Source: Macrostomum lignano (taxonomy: Eukaryota). From it: DNA of 64,000 bases. Below, one piece after another: positions 13,598 to 25,587 of the stretch; within the stretch, counting starts at the first letter, position 1, and each line of letters begins with the position of its first letter. Location of the stretch: contig NIVC01000112.1 of assembly GCA_002269645.1 (NCBI GenBank), positions 454,520 through 518,519 of the forward strand, given 5' to 3'. A program made the position numbers and the translations under genes. The notes beneath the pieces are model-generated. The model made no database searches and had not been told where the DNA came from. It saw only the letters and a program-made list of their open reading frames with translations.

Positions 13598-15862
13598 TGA
13601 TTCCACTGACTCTAACTGTCCTGACTCTAATTCCCCTGACTCTAATTCCCCTGACTCTAACTGTCCTGACTCTAATTCCCCTGACTCTAACTGTCCTGAC
13701 TCTAATTCCCATGATTCTAATTTCCCTGACTCTAATTCCCCTGACTCTAATTCCCCTGACTCTAATTCCCCTGACTCTAATTCCCCTGACTCTAACTCCC
13801 CTGACTCTAATTCCCCTGACTCTAATTCCCCTGACTCTAATTCCCCTGACTCTAATTCCCCTGACTCTAAATCCCCTGACTCTAACTCCCCTGACTCTAA
13901 TTCCCCTGACTCTAATTCCCCTGACTCTAACTGTCCTGACTCTAATTCCCCTGACTCTAATTCCCCTGACTCTAATTCCCCTGACTCTAATTCCCCTGAC
14001 TCTAAATCCCCTGACTCTAATTCCCCTGACTCTAATTCCCCTGACTCTAATTCCTTTGACTTTAACTCCCTTGACTGTAATTTCCCTGACTCTAATTCCC
14101 CTAGCTCTAATTTCCCTGACTTTAATTTACCTGACTCTAATTTCCCTGACTCTAATTCCCCTGACTCTAATTCCCCTGACTCTAATTCCCCTGACTCTAA
14201 TTCCCCTGACTCTAATTCCCCTGACTCTAATTCCCCTGACTCTAATTCCTCTGACTCTAACTCCCCTGACTCTAATTCCCCTGACTCTAATTCCCCTGAC
14301 TGTAATTCCCCTGACTCTAATTCCCCTGACTCTAATTCCCCTGACTCTAATTCCCCTGACTCTAATTCCCCTGACTCTAATTCCCCTGACTCTAATTCCC
14401 CTGACTCTAATTCCCCTGACTCTAATTCCTCTGACTCTAACTCCCCTGACTCTAATTCCCCTGACTCTAATTCCCCTGACTGTAATTCCCCTGACTTTAA
14501 TTCCCCTGACTCTAATTCCCCTGACTCTAATTCCCCTGACTCTAACTGTCCTGACTCTAATTTCCCTGACTCTAACTCCCCTGACTCTAACTGTCCTGAC
14601 TCTAATTCCCCTGACTCTAAATCCCCTGACTCTAATTCCCCTGACTCTAAATCCCCTGACTCTAATTCCCCTGACTCTAACTCCCCTGACTCTAATTCCC
14701 CTGACTCTAATTCCCCTGACTCTAATTTCCCTGACTCTAAATCCCCTGACTCTAATTCCCCTGACTCTAATTCCCCTGACTCTAATTCCTTTGACTTTAA
14801 CTCCCTTGACTGTAATTTCCCTGACTCTAATTCCCCTAGCTCTAATTTCCCTGACTTTAATTTACCTGACTCTAATTTCCCTGACTCTAATTCCCCTGAC
14901 TCTAATTCCCCTGACTCTAATTCCCCTGACTCTAATTCCCCTGACTCTAATTCCCCTGACTCTAATTCCCCTGACTCTAATTCCTCTGACTCTAACTCCC
15001 CTGACTGTAATTCCCCTGACTTTAATTCCCCTGACTCTAATTCCCCTGACTCTAATTCCCCTGACTCTAATTCCCCTGACTCTAATTCCCCTGACTCTAA
15101 TTCCCCTGACTCTAATTCCCCTGACTCTAACTGTCCTGACTCTAATTCCCCTGACTCTAATTCCCCTGATTCTAATTCCCCTGACTCTAATTCCCCTGAC
15201 TCTAACTGTCCTGACTCTAATTCCCCTGACTCTAATTCCCCTGACTCTAATTCCCCTGACTCTAATTCCCCTGACTCTAAATCCCCTGACTTTAACTCCC
15301 CTGACTCTAACTGTCCTGACTCTAATTCCCCTGACTCTAATTCCCCTGACTCTAATTCCCCTGACTCTAATTCCCCTGACTCTAATTCCCCTGACTCTAA
15401 TTCCCCTGACTCTAACTGTCCTGACTCTAATTCCCCTGACTCTAACTGTCCTGACTCTAAATCCCCTGACTCTAATTCCCCTGACTCTAAATCCCCTGAC
15501 TCTAATTCCCCTGACTCTAACTCCCCTGACTCTAATTCCCCTGACTCTAACTCCCCTGACTCTAATTCCCCTGACTCTAATTCCCCTGACTCTAATTCCC
15601 CTGACTCTAATTCCCTTGACTCTAAATCCCCTGACTCTAATTCCCCTGACTCTAATTCCCCTGACTCTAATTCCTTTGACTTTAACTCCCTTGACTGTAA
15701 TTTTCCTGACTCTAATTCCCCTAGCTCTAATTTCCCTGACTTTAATTTACCTGACTCTAATTTCCCTGACTCTAATTCCCCTGACTCTAATTCCCCTGAC
15801 TCTAATTCCCCTGACTCTAATTCCCCTGACTCTAATTCCTCTGACTCTAACTCCCCTGACTG
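13598..15862. repeat. 15-bp minisatellite (ctgactctaattccc) with higher-order blocks
   Basis: About 150 copies; a distinctive variant block recurs near 14050, 14790 and 15670. Confidence 0.97.
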
Positions 15863-16342
15863 TACTTCATTTCCCTGACTTGCTTTTGATTCTCCTCACT
15901 AAAACTGACTCTGAAGCCAAGCAAGCCGAAGAGCCATAAAAACTCTTTTGATTCCATTCGAAGGTTCAGATTCGATCTTAGGTAGTAAAATGAGCAAATG
16001 CATATGGCACTTATTTCGTAATACAACACCCATAGGAAGCAGTTGAAGTCATGTCTGCAACAGCTGGATAAATTCTCACAAGCATGATAGCGTGAGATTA
16101 CAGTGAATTGTGTGAGTCGTGACACAACCGAGCTGAGCTGAGAAAGGCAGCTGAACCAGCAAAAACGTGGGGTATAAAATAAAAAAAGCTTGGCTTTGTG
16201 TGCCCCTCTCACACACTGAGGCTTTGTTTGGGAAGACTCACGACTGCCGTTCAAATAGGAAGAATCTTGCTCTTAGTATTGATAAGTCTTGATAATTAAT
16301 GAGTGACGAGACGGGTAAAGGATTGCAGTGACCCTTGAGCAG

Positions 16343-19300
16343 TGACATCTTAGCAATTCCCCTCAACAGCCTTGACATCTTAGCAATTCCCCTCAACAGC
16401 CTTGACATCTTAGCAATTCCCCTCAACAGCCTTGACATCTTAGCAATTCCCTCAACAGCCTTGACATCTTAGCAATTCCCCTCAACAGCCTTGACATCTT
16501 AGCAATTCCCCCATCAGCCTTGACATCTTAGCAATTCCCCTCAACAGCCTTGACATCTTAGCAATTCCCCCATCAGCCTTGACATCTTAGCAATTCCCCT
16601 CAACAGCCTTGACATCTTAGCAATTCCCCTCAACAGCCTTGACATCTTAGCAATTCCCCCATCAGCCTTGACATCTTAGCAATTCCCCTCAACAGCCTTG
16701 ACATCTTAGCGATTCCCCTCAACAGCCTTGACATCTTAGCAATTCCCCTCAACAGCCTTGACATCTTAGCAATTCCCCTCAACAGCCTTGACATCTTAGC
16801 AATTCCCCTCAACAGCCTTGACATCTTAGCAATTCCCCTCAACAGCCTTGACATCTTAGCAATTCCCCTCAACAGCCTTGACATCTTAGCGATTCCCCTC
16901 AACAGCCTTGACATCTAAGCAATTCCCCTCAACAGCCTTGACATCTTAGCGATTCCCCTCAACAGCCTTGACATCTTAGCAATTCCCCCCATCAGCCTTG
17001 ACATCTTAGCAATTCCCCTCAACAGCCTTGACATCTTAGCAATTCCCCTCAACAGCCTTGACATCTTAGCAATTCCCCCCATCAGCCTTGACATCTTAGC
17101 AATTCCCCTCAACAGCCTTGACATCTTAGCGATTCCCCTCAACAGCCTTGACATCTTAGCAATTCCCCCCATCAGCCTTGACATCTTAGCAATTCCCCTC
17201 AACAGCCTTGACATCTTAGCAATTCCCCTCAACAGCCTTGACATCTTAGCAATTCCCCTCAACAGCCTTGACATCTTAGCGATTCCCCTCAACAGCCTTG
17301 ACATCTTAGCAATTCCCCTCAACAGCCTTGACATCTTAGCAATTCCCCTCAACAGCCTTGACATCTTAGCGATTCCCCTCAACAGCCTTGACATATTAGC
17401 GATTCCCCTCAACAGCCTTGACATCTTAGCAATTCCCCTCAACAGCCTTGACATCTTAGCAATTCCCCTCAACAGCCTTGACATCTTAGCAATTCCCCCC
17501 ATCAGCCTTGACATCTTAGCAATTCCCCTCAACAGCCTTGACATCTTAGCAATTCCCCTCAACAGCCTTGACATCTTAGCAATTCCCCCATCAGCCTTGA
17601 CATCTTAGCAATTCCCCTCAACAGCCTTGACATCTTAGCGATTCCCCTCAACAGCCTTGACATCTTAGCAATTCCCCCCATCAGCCTTGACATCTTAGCA
17701 ATTCCCCTCAACAGCCTTGACATCTTAGCAATTCCCCTCAACAGCCTTGCCATCTTAGCAATTCCCCTCACCAGCCTTGACATCTTAGCGATTCCCCTCA
17801 ACAGCCTTGACATCTAAGCAATTCCCCTCAACAGCCTTGACATCTTAGCAATTCCCCTCAACAGCCTTGACATCTTAGCAATTCCCCTCAACAGCCTTGA
17901 CATCTTAGCAATTCCCTCAACAGCCTTGACATCTTAGCAATTCCCCTCAACAGCCTTGACATCTTAGCGATTCCCCTCAACAGCCTTGACATCTAAGCAA
18001 TTCCCCTCAACAGCCTTGACATCTTAGCAATTCCCCTCAACAGCCTTGACATCTTAGCAATTCCCCTCAACAGCCTTGACATCTTAGCAATTCCCCTCAA
18101 CAGCCTTGACATCTTAGCAATTCCCCTCAACAGCCTTGACATCTTAGCGATTCCCCCCATCAGCCTTGACATCTAAGCAATTCCCCTCAACAGCCTTGAC
18201 ATCCTAGCAATTCCCCTCAACAGCCTTGACATCTTAGCAATTCCCCTCAACAGCCTTGACATCTTAGCAATTCCCCTCAACAGCCTTGACATCTTAGCAA
18301 TTCCCCTCAACAGCCTTGACATCTTAGCAATTCCCCTCAACAGCCTTGACATCTTAGCAATTCCCCTCAACAGCCTTGACATCTTAGCAATTCCCCTCAA
18401 CAGCCTTGACATCTTAGCAATTCCCCTCAACAGCCTTGACATCTTAGCGATTCCCCTCAACAGCCTTGACATCTTAGCGATTCCCCTCAACAGCCTTGAC
18501 ATCTTAGCAATTCCCCTCAACAGCCTTGACATCTAAGCAATTCCCCTCAACAGCCTTGACATCTTAGCAATTCCCCTCAACAGCCTTGACATCTTAGCAA
18601 TTCCCCTCAACAGCCTTGACATCTTAGCGATTCCCCTCAACAGCCTTGACATCTTAGCGATTCCCCTCAACAGCCTTGACATCTTAGCGATTCCCCTCAA
18701 CAGCCTTGACATCTTAGCGATTCCCCTCAACAGCCTTGACATCTAAGCAATTCCCCTCAACAGCCTTGACATCTTAGCAATTCCCCTCAACAGCCTTGAC
18801 ATCTTAGCAATTCCCCTCAACAGCCTTGACATCTTAGCAATTCCCCTCAACAGCCTTGACATCTTAGCAATTCCCTCAACAGCCTTGACATCTTAGCAAT
18901 TCCCCTCAACAGCCTTGACATCTTAGCGATTCCCCTCAACAGCCTTGACATCTTAGCAATTCCACTCAACAGCCTTGACATCTTAGCGATTCCCCTCAAC
19001 AGCCTTGACATCTTAGCGATTCCCCTCAACAGCCTTGACATCTTAGCAATTCCCCTCAACAGCCTTGACATCTTAGCAATTCCCCTCAACAGCCTTGACA
19101 TCTTAGCAATTCCCCTCAACAGCCTTGACATCTTAGCAATTCCCCTCAACAGCCTTGACATCTTAGCGATTCCCCTCAACAGCCTTGACATCTTAGCAAT
19201 TCCCCTCAACAGCCTTGACATCTTAGCAATTCCCCTCAACAGCCTTGACATCTTAGCGATTCCCCTCAACAGCCTTGACATCTAAGCAATTCCCCTCAAC

Positions 19301-19833
19301 AGCCTTGACATCTTAGCAATTCCCCTCAACAGCCTTGACATCTTAGCAATTCCCCTCAACAGCCTTGACATCTTAGCAATTCCCCTCAACAGCCTTGACA
19401 TCTTAGCAATTCCCCTCAACAGCCTTGACATCTTAGCAATTCCCCTCAACAGCCTTGACATCTTAGCAATTCCCCTCAACAGCCTTGACATCTTAGCAAT
19501 TCCCCTCAACAGCCTTGACATCTTAGCGATTCCCCTCAACAGCCTTGACATCTTAGCGATTCCCCTCAACAGCCTTGACATCTTAGCGATTCCCCTCAAC
19601 AGCCTTGACATCTTAGCAATTCCCCTCAACAGCCTTGAAATCTTAGCAATTCCCCTCAACAGCCTTGACATCTTAGCGATTCCCCTCAACAGCCTTGACA
19701 TCTTAGCAATTCCCCTCAACAGCCTTGACATCTTAGCGATTCCCCTCAACAGCCTTGACATCTTAGCGATTCCCCTCAACAGCCTTGACATCTTAGCGAT
19801 TCCCCTCAACAGCCTTGACATCCTAGCAATTCC
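16343..19833. repeat. 30-bp minisatellite (gacatcttagcaattcccctcaacagcctt)
   Basis: About 115 highly homogeneous copies; degenerate units trail to ~19985. Confidence 0.97.
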
Positions 19834-20765
19834 CCAATGAATTTTTTACGTTTGACAGGGAATTATTTTATGGTTTAACCCTAATCTTGCTAAAAGTCAC
19901 AGCATATCAGCCATTTCCCCATGAGCCACAATATTTCAGCAATCTCCCCCTAAGTCAATTGGCATCTCAGCAATTCCCCATGAGCCTTGTTTACAACCCA
20001 GAAATTCTCCTGCGAGTCTTTTATGATTGACATGACGCTTCTTTATAATTGAAGGTGTGATTACTTTTCTTTCTTGCGTTGAGTTTATAGTAAAAAACTT
20101 AGTAAAAAAACTTTTAACTATCAAGATTCAAACCCAGGTTGCTGCATTAGCAGTTCAGGATGAATTGTAGCATTTATATGAATAGTTCAACATTCACATC
20201 AAGTCTGTTAGAGTAAAAGTCACACGAAGAAGCAATTATATAACCTAATCAATTTCTCATGCAGTCAGTATCAGTCTATTAAAGTTAAAGATATGGTTAC
20301 GCAATCTAAAATCAAGTCTTGGGCTATGCTTCCATTAACCATGCAATTTCTTAGCCACGACACATGTACCGTCACGGGAAAATTTCTTATCTAACGACTA
20401 ACGGTGCAAGTTTCGATCGGTTGAGCCGTTTTTTATCTGAAATCAATCAAATACGGACTAATTTTTAGTACGTATAGTGGATGGAAGATGGAGAATTATT
20501 AGTATTAGTATATAGGACTGTAAAGAATCAAGGCTAACATTGAAAGAAAGTACAACGGTTGGAGACTTGGAGGAAAGAAAAGAATGGAGTGCTAGTCTTG
20601 ATTGAGTTATTTTTGTTTTGCGAATGTTTTCGACTTTTGACATCCTGGTACCCCCCGTTCCATTCTATTTGGCTGTTGAATGCCATAGACAGCAGTTCCT
20701 TCCCTATTTCGTCAGATTGACATCAGGTGCCTCGACAGGATGACGCGATTTTCATTCCATTCCAT

Positions 20766-21102
20766 CCCTGTAAAAAATGAGCTGGCGTTTTGCCAGCTAA
20801 ATAGTAGCGACATTTTGCTGGCGAAATGGTAGCAGAATGTCACTAATATTCGCCAGCGAAATGCCAGCGAGTTTATCCTAGCAATCGATCCGCCACTATT
20901 TTGCCAGGATTTAGCTGCCCTTTAATTTCTTTATGGATTCAATTTTATCAATTGATTTGCATGAAAAGCAATTTTAAATAATCAATATTACTGTTTATAT
21001 CGTATTTCCCTTTTCACGTGAGTATAAAAACCCCTTTTAGCCTTTAATTCCTCAGCCGAAAATGAGAGGTTGCGTCGTCGCGCCAGCTCATTTTTCACAG
21101 GG
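20766..21102. mobile_element. Non-autonomous TIR element (MITE), 337 bp
   Basis: 22-bp TIR CCCTGTAAAAAATGAGCTGGCG / CGCCAGCTCATTTTTCACAGGG with 1 mismatch; no clear TSD. Confidence 0.7.
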
Positions 21103-22261
21103 TATAGTAGTGGCCGCGCCGCTACCTCCGCAACCGGTCCAGCAAGCTAGCTGGCCAGCTGAGTCCGCCACCGCTGCCTGTTGAAGCTGGGTATTGGATC
21201 CATCCACCCCTTGTCAAAACGAACAATTAAAAGCGGCTAGCATTAATCCTTAGAAAAAATCGACTCAATTTTTAAGTTCCTTCAGTAAAACAAAATAAGT
21301 TACAGACGAGATATTATTAAATTCCTAGAATAGTACTTAGAAAATCAAAAGAATATAATAGCTTTAGTTCAAAAAATTAGTCATTTACCTTCAAAAAATT
21401 CACACAAGAAATTTGGTAAGCTCTATTAATAACTCAAACAATCCAAATCAATTCTCATTTTTGCACAAATTCTAATCCGAACCGAAAATAAGTAATTATA
21501 TTTTTATTATCATTGAAGTCTTTATTGATATTTGCTTTTTTCAATTTTTCTCATTGGCTTACTGTCTATTCCACTAAGCTTCCTATATGTGCCATATATT
21601 GCATATGCCATGTGCCATATTCGGAAAAGGAAGATGTATTGTTTTTGTGCCCTAACTCATGTCCCATACCTGCATACCATAGGCCTAGGTTGATTTGTAA
21701 CGAATTTGCCAAAAAATGTGTGCTGTGACCACCACCATATACCTCCATATGTGCCACAATTTTGCAGGGCCTAGGCCTACCAAATGCCTTTGGCCTTGTC
21801 TTTAGAAGTTGAGACCCCTTGTGTAGGCTGGAATTTTACAAGGAATAGGCCTAGGCTAGGCTAGGCCCTACATTCCTGAATCCTGACTTGACTATGGTCC
21901 ATGCATGATGGTGACTGTGCAGGCCTAATTAGAAATTGGTATTTCTATGCTAACATACTAAAAAATAGCAAGTACCCTTATTATACACTAGTCATTAGGT
22001 CCTAGTAATTCCTGGCATAGGCCTACATACATGTTGATGTTGCCTTCTAAACTAAGATAAAGAAATATTATTAAATATAAAATTAATAGTTGATATTTAA
22101 TGGACATTGTTCTAGGCCTATTCAAATATTGTTTTTAATTTAATATAGGCCTTAATTAATCTAACACTTCCAAAATATTTGGTAAATTTTTATAATAGGC
22201 CTATGACTAAGCTAAGGATTTTTTCAAGTTTTTAATATAATAATTTTATGCCTATCTATAA

Positions 22262-25200
22262 CACAGGTAGGAGGAATTCAAGTTAAATGCAAAAATATTG
22301 CCCATAATCGGTTTTTTGCTCATGGGATAGAATTTGTACTCCTGATTCTAAAATGACCTCCCATGAAATCCTAACTGATTGGGTTTGCAAGATATGCTCA
22401 TAATTAAGTTTTTACCATAGATATGAGGCAGTCCAACAAGCAAAACTCGCCATTCAAGGATAAGTTGAATGTATTTTGTCCAAAACAGTTCTCACCACTG
22501 TGAATTCAATTTGTAGTGTGCAATAGTTCAGGCACTATTTCAAAATATATATTTTAATTTAAACAGTGAATCAGCAAATTAATAATTATTATCATTATTT
22601 ACCTATAGAATTTTTAAGATAATGGCTAATCTTTCTAAGTCTAAACCAAAACAGAAAACTGTAATGCAATAGATATTGAGCTGTAAATTCAAATAGATTG
22701 TCATTGAGCATTTTTAGTTTTACAAGCAATTACAAATGACAGCTATTATATTGTACCGTAGCCTGTAGAAGCTGTTGTCCCATCGCTGGGTCACCACTCC
22801 GGTGCTTAAAGTTTTGCCATACTTTACTGAAATCATGGTGAGCACTTTCACCAGCCTGCTCAGAAAATGTGCCCAGGCCTTTGCCATGCAGTCTGCAAAA
22901 CTCGACCACATGGACGAACACGCAGTGAACTTTTGGTGTCACTCTAATAGGTAGCTTGCAGTAGGACTCTCGAAACTGCTGAATCAGCTGTTCATATTCA
23001 GGCTGTAGCTTCTCCCCAAAGCAAGCGTGTACCACTTCACGGAAGCATCGAAGGGCTTCACCAAACTGCTTCAGCTGCTCAGGCAGGATGCTTGTCAGTT
23101 CATCAGCTAGTTGCAGGATTGCGTGGCACTGGTTGCCCTCGAATGATCCTCCGCGATAGTCAGCGTGCCCGATGTTATGGCTTGCAGCCCAGCTGAGTAC
23201 ATGACCTTCGTCAGCTTCAAGCGAGTCGACGATCTTGTTAACAACTCCAATGAGAAGATGCAGTTCAGGTGGGGGCAGCTTGTTGAGTATCGGCTCATCT
23301 TCTCCACCAGACAAAAGGGGTTTGTTAACACAGCTTTTAAAAAGCTTGGCCGATCGCAACTCATTGCCTGCTTCGGAAAAGGCAGCTGCATTCTTTGTTA
23401 CACTGCCAAATGTGCGCGTCAGACCATCCGCAGCGAATGGAGCCTTTGCCTCGCACCATGTACATGGGTACATTGCCGCGTGATTCTGCAAGCCAATCAC
23501 TATGTTGGCAAGCTTGAGATCACAAGCAACAGTAAACAAAATCGCCTGTAGATTCAGAGAGTCCAGTAGTAGTTTTACGTTGAGATAAGTCTCACTAACA
23601 TCAGGAGCAATAGCGATGATCATTAATTTTTTAACACCAGAGTTGAGAAACTGGCGGCTGCAGGCTAACTTCTTTACTGGCGATGCTGCAGGCTCAGACT
23701 CACCGGTCACAGTCAGCACAACTTTCAGAGAGCCTCCTCCACCATCAATTCCAATCTTGACAAAGCTGTTCTCGATGCCACGCTCGGTGCAAATATGATT
23801 TAGCAAACCTTGAAGATCGGAGCAGATCACGGCTGGCCTTGGTCCCAAAACCTCCTGAGTCTGTCCAGATGAACGTATGAATGGCAGCTGAACTAACGTG
23901 AAGAAGCTTGTTAGGCAGCGGCCTCTCTTCTGCAGCTCTTCACGAAGGTTAGGCTCGATCACATGCCGGCCTGCACCTAACCTAAGAATGCTGGCCAGCT
24001 TTAGAGTCTGCTTGCTGCTTAAACTAAGGCCGACTTTCAAAGCCGAAATTGTTTCGTGGCTTATATATCCTTTCCTAGAAACACTTGTTATAGGTTCAGC
24101 GACTGAGCTAGAAGCTACCTTGACTCGAAGAGGTTTACCAGCAGTTTGACTTAGTACAATACCGCCTGCTGCAGCCTCATTACATTCCTTGATGACTGAG
24201 CTAGCCAGCTGGTGCTTGGTAAGAGGAGATATTTTGTCTCGCAAATTCTTTAATTTGGTTGTTTTATTGCAGCGATGCTCCAGGCCGGGTCCGATCCATG
24301 ACATGCAATGCGAGCAGAGTTTTTGAATCGCAGTAGCCTCTGCCACAGCAGGACAACCTCGGCCTGCTGGTGGACCTGTGGCCAAGTATTTGGTGTCTGG
24401 CACTGCACTGCTGCTCCTGTGTGAGCTGGCCAAGCTACACAGCTCATAGTTGCAGTCAGGGTTGCCACGAGTTGAAGGCGGCAGAGACTGAAGGTCGGTA
24501 ACTATTTGGTCATACGCCAGTAAGACTGGAATAGGTCGCGAATCTGGGCAGGACAAAGACGAAAGCTTCCTTCTGCAGCCGTCACATATGCCAGATGGAA
24601 GATATTGTCTTTCTACCTTGAAGCCTTCGTACACTGTAGATTGAATTAGTTCAATCTGATGCTCCGTCAAAGGGCGATGCGCTCTTCGAAGACACATGGC
24701 ACACAGTGCCTGGAGATTTTCTTCGTGGTTTCTTTTCTTTGGCATTGTAGATGATGATGAGTAAAAACAAGAAAATTGTTTGGACAGTTGATCAATTGAA
24801 ACAAAATATTCTAAAATGCTCTAAATACTCATTTACATCACCATAAATTGAGCAACTGCTCATGATTTAGGTATAAAGGGATCGATAAAAAATAATGTGC
24901 AAATTGTGTGAGTGATCACAAGCAAAATTTTGCCTTTTGCCGTTTAATGGTGGCGGGTTGAATGTACATATTTTTATCGATTATACGTCAGGTGATTTTA
25001 TTGCATATTTCATGATCGTGATGGTAAATAGACTTAGAAGACTGTACAATACTTGTTATCTTCTCTAATTTAGAGAATCAAACTTATTTATATAGAAGAG
25101 GCCAATTCTTTACGCTAAGAATGTACAGCATAGCATCAGTTGTAACATCGCACACTTAACAAAGTTGCCTTGAGTTTTTTGTTTTGTTTTACCCTACAAA

Positions 25201-25482
25201 AAGGATGATTAAACATACATGCACTCAATACAAATTGAATTCACAGTGGTGAGAACTGTTTTGGACAAAATACATTTAACTTATCCTTGAATGGCGAGTT
25301 TTGCTTGTTGGACTGCCTTATATCTATGGTAAAAACTTAATTATGAGCATATCTTGCGAACACAATCAGTTAGGATTTTATGGGAGGTCATTTTAGAATC
25401 AGGAGTACAAATTCTATCCCATGAGCAAAAAACCAATTATGGGCATTTTTTTTGCATTTAACTTGAATTCCTCCTACCTGTG
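22262..25482 (-). mobile_element. Full-length Chapaev-type DNA transposon, element 2
   Basis: Ends CACAGGTAGGAGGAATTC (22262) and GAATTCCTCCTACCTGTG (25482). Nearly identical TIRs of ~270 bp. 4-bp TSD ATAA at 22258-22261 and 25483-25486. Confidence 0.92.
22730..24745 (-). CDS. Chapaev-type DDE transposase, 671 aa, intact
   Basis: H-x7-CAMC...LPSGICDGC, CSHC-x8-HRC, GIDGGGG, ACDLKLANIVIGL..YPCTWCE, PPPELHLLIG, GSFEGN, TPKVH..VHV, GLGTFSEQAGESAHHDF; colinear with the element 1 transposase. Confidence 0.9.
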   Translation of the reverse strand: MPKKRNHEENLQALCAMCLRRAHRPLTEHQIELIQSTVYEGFKVERQYLPSGICDGCRRKLSSLSCPDSRPIPVLLAYDQIVTDLQSLPPSTRGNPDCNYELCSLASSHRSSSAVPDTKYLATGPPAGRGCPAVAEATAIQKLCSHCMSWIGPGLEHRCNKTTKLKNLRDKISPLTKHQLASSVIKECNEAAAGGIVLSQTAGKPLRVKVASSSVAEPITSVSRKGYISHETISALKVGLSLSSKQTLKLASILRLGAGRHVIEPNLREELQKRGRCLTSFFTLVQLPFIRSSGQTQEVLGPRPAVICSDLQGLLNHICTERGIENSFVKIGIDGGGGSLKVVLTVTGESEPAASPVKKLACSRQFLNSGVKKLMIIAIAPDVSETYLNVKLLLDSLNLQAILFTVACDLKLANIVIGLQNHAAMYPCTWCEAKAPFAADGLTRTFGSVTKNAAAFSEAGNELRSAKLFKSCVNKPLLSGGEDEPILNKLPPPELHLLIGVVNKIVDSLEADEGHVLSWAASHNIGHADYRGGSFEGNQCHAILQLADELTSILPEQLKQFGEALRCFREVVHACFGEKLQPEYEQLIQQFRESYCKLPIRVTPKVHCVFVHVVEFCRLHGKGLGTFSEQAGESAHHDFSKVWQNFKHRSGDPAMGQQLLQATVQYNSCHL

Positions 25483-25587
25483 ATAACTATTAAAACTCCT
25501 AATATATCTTTTAAAATATTTGGTATTTATATTATAGAAAATATATATAGTTTTTATTATTATCTCTATCTCTCAATATCTCAACGT

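Noticed and set aside
13570-19821. Long ORFs (789-aa LTLIP repeat; MSRLLRGIAK repeats)
   Set aside because: They are translations of 15-bp and 30-bp tandem arrays whose units lack stops in one frame; frames break at single-base indels
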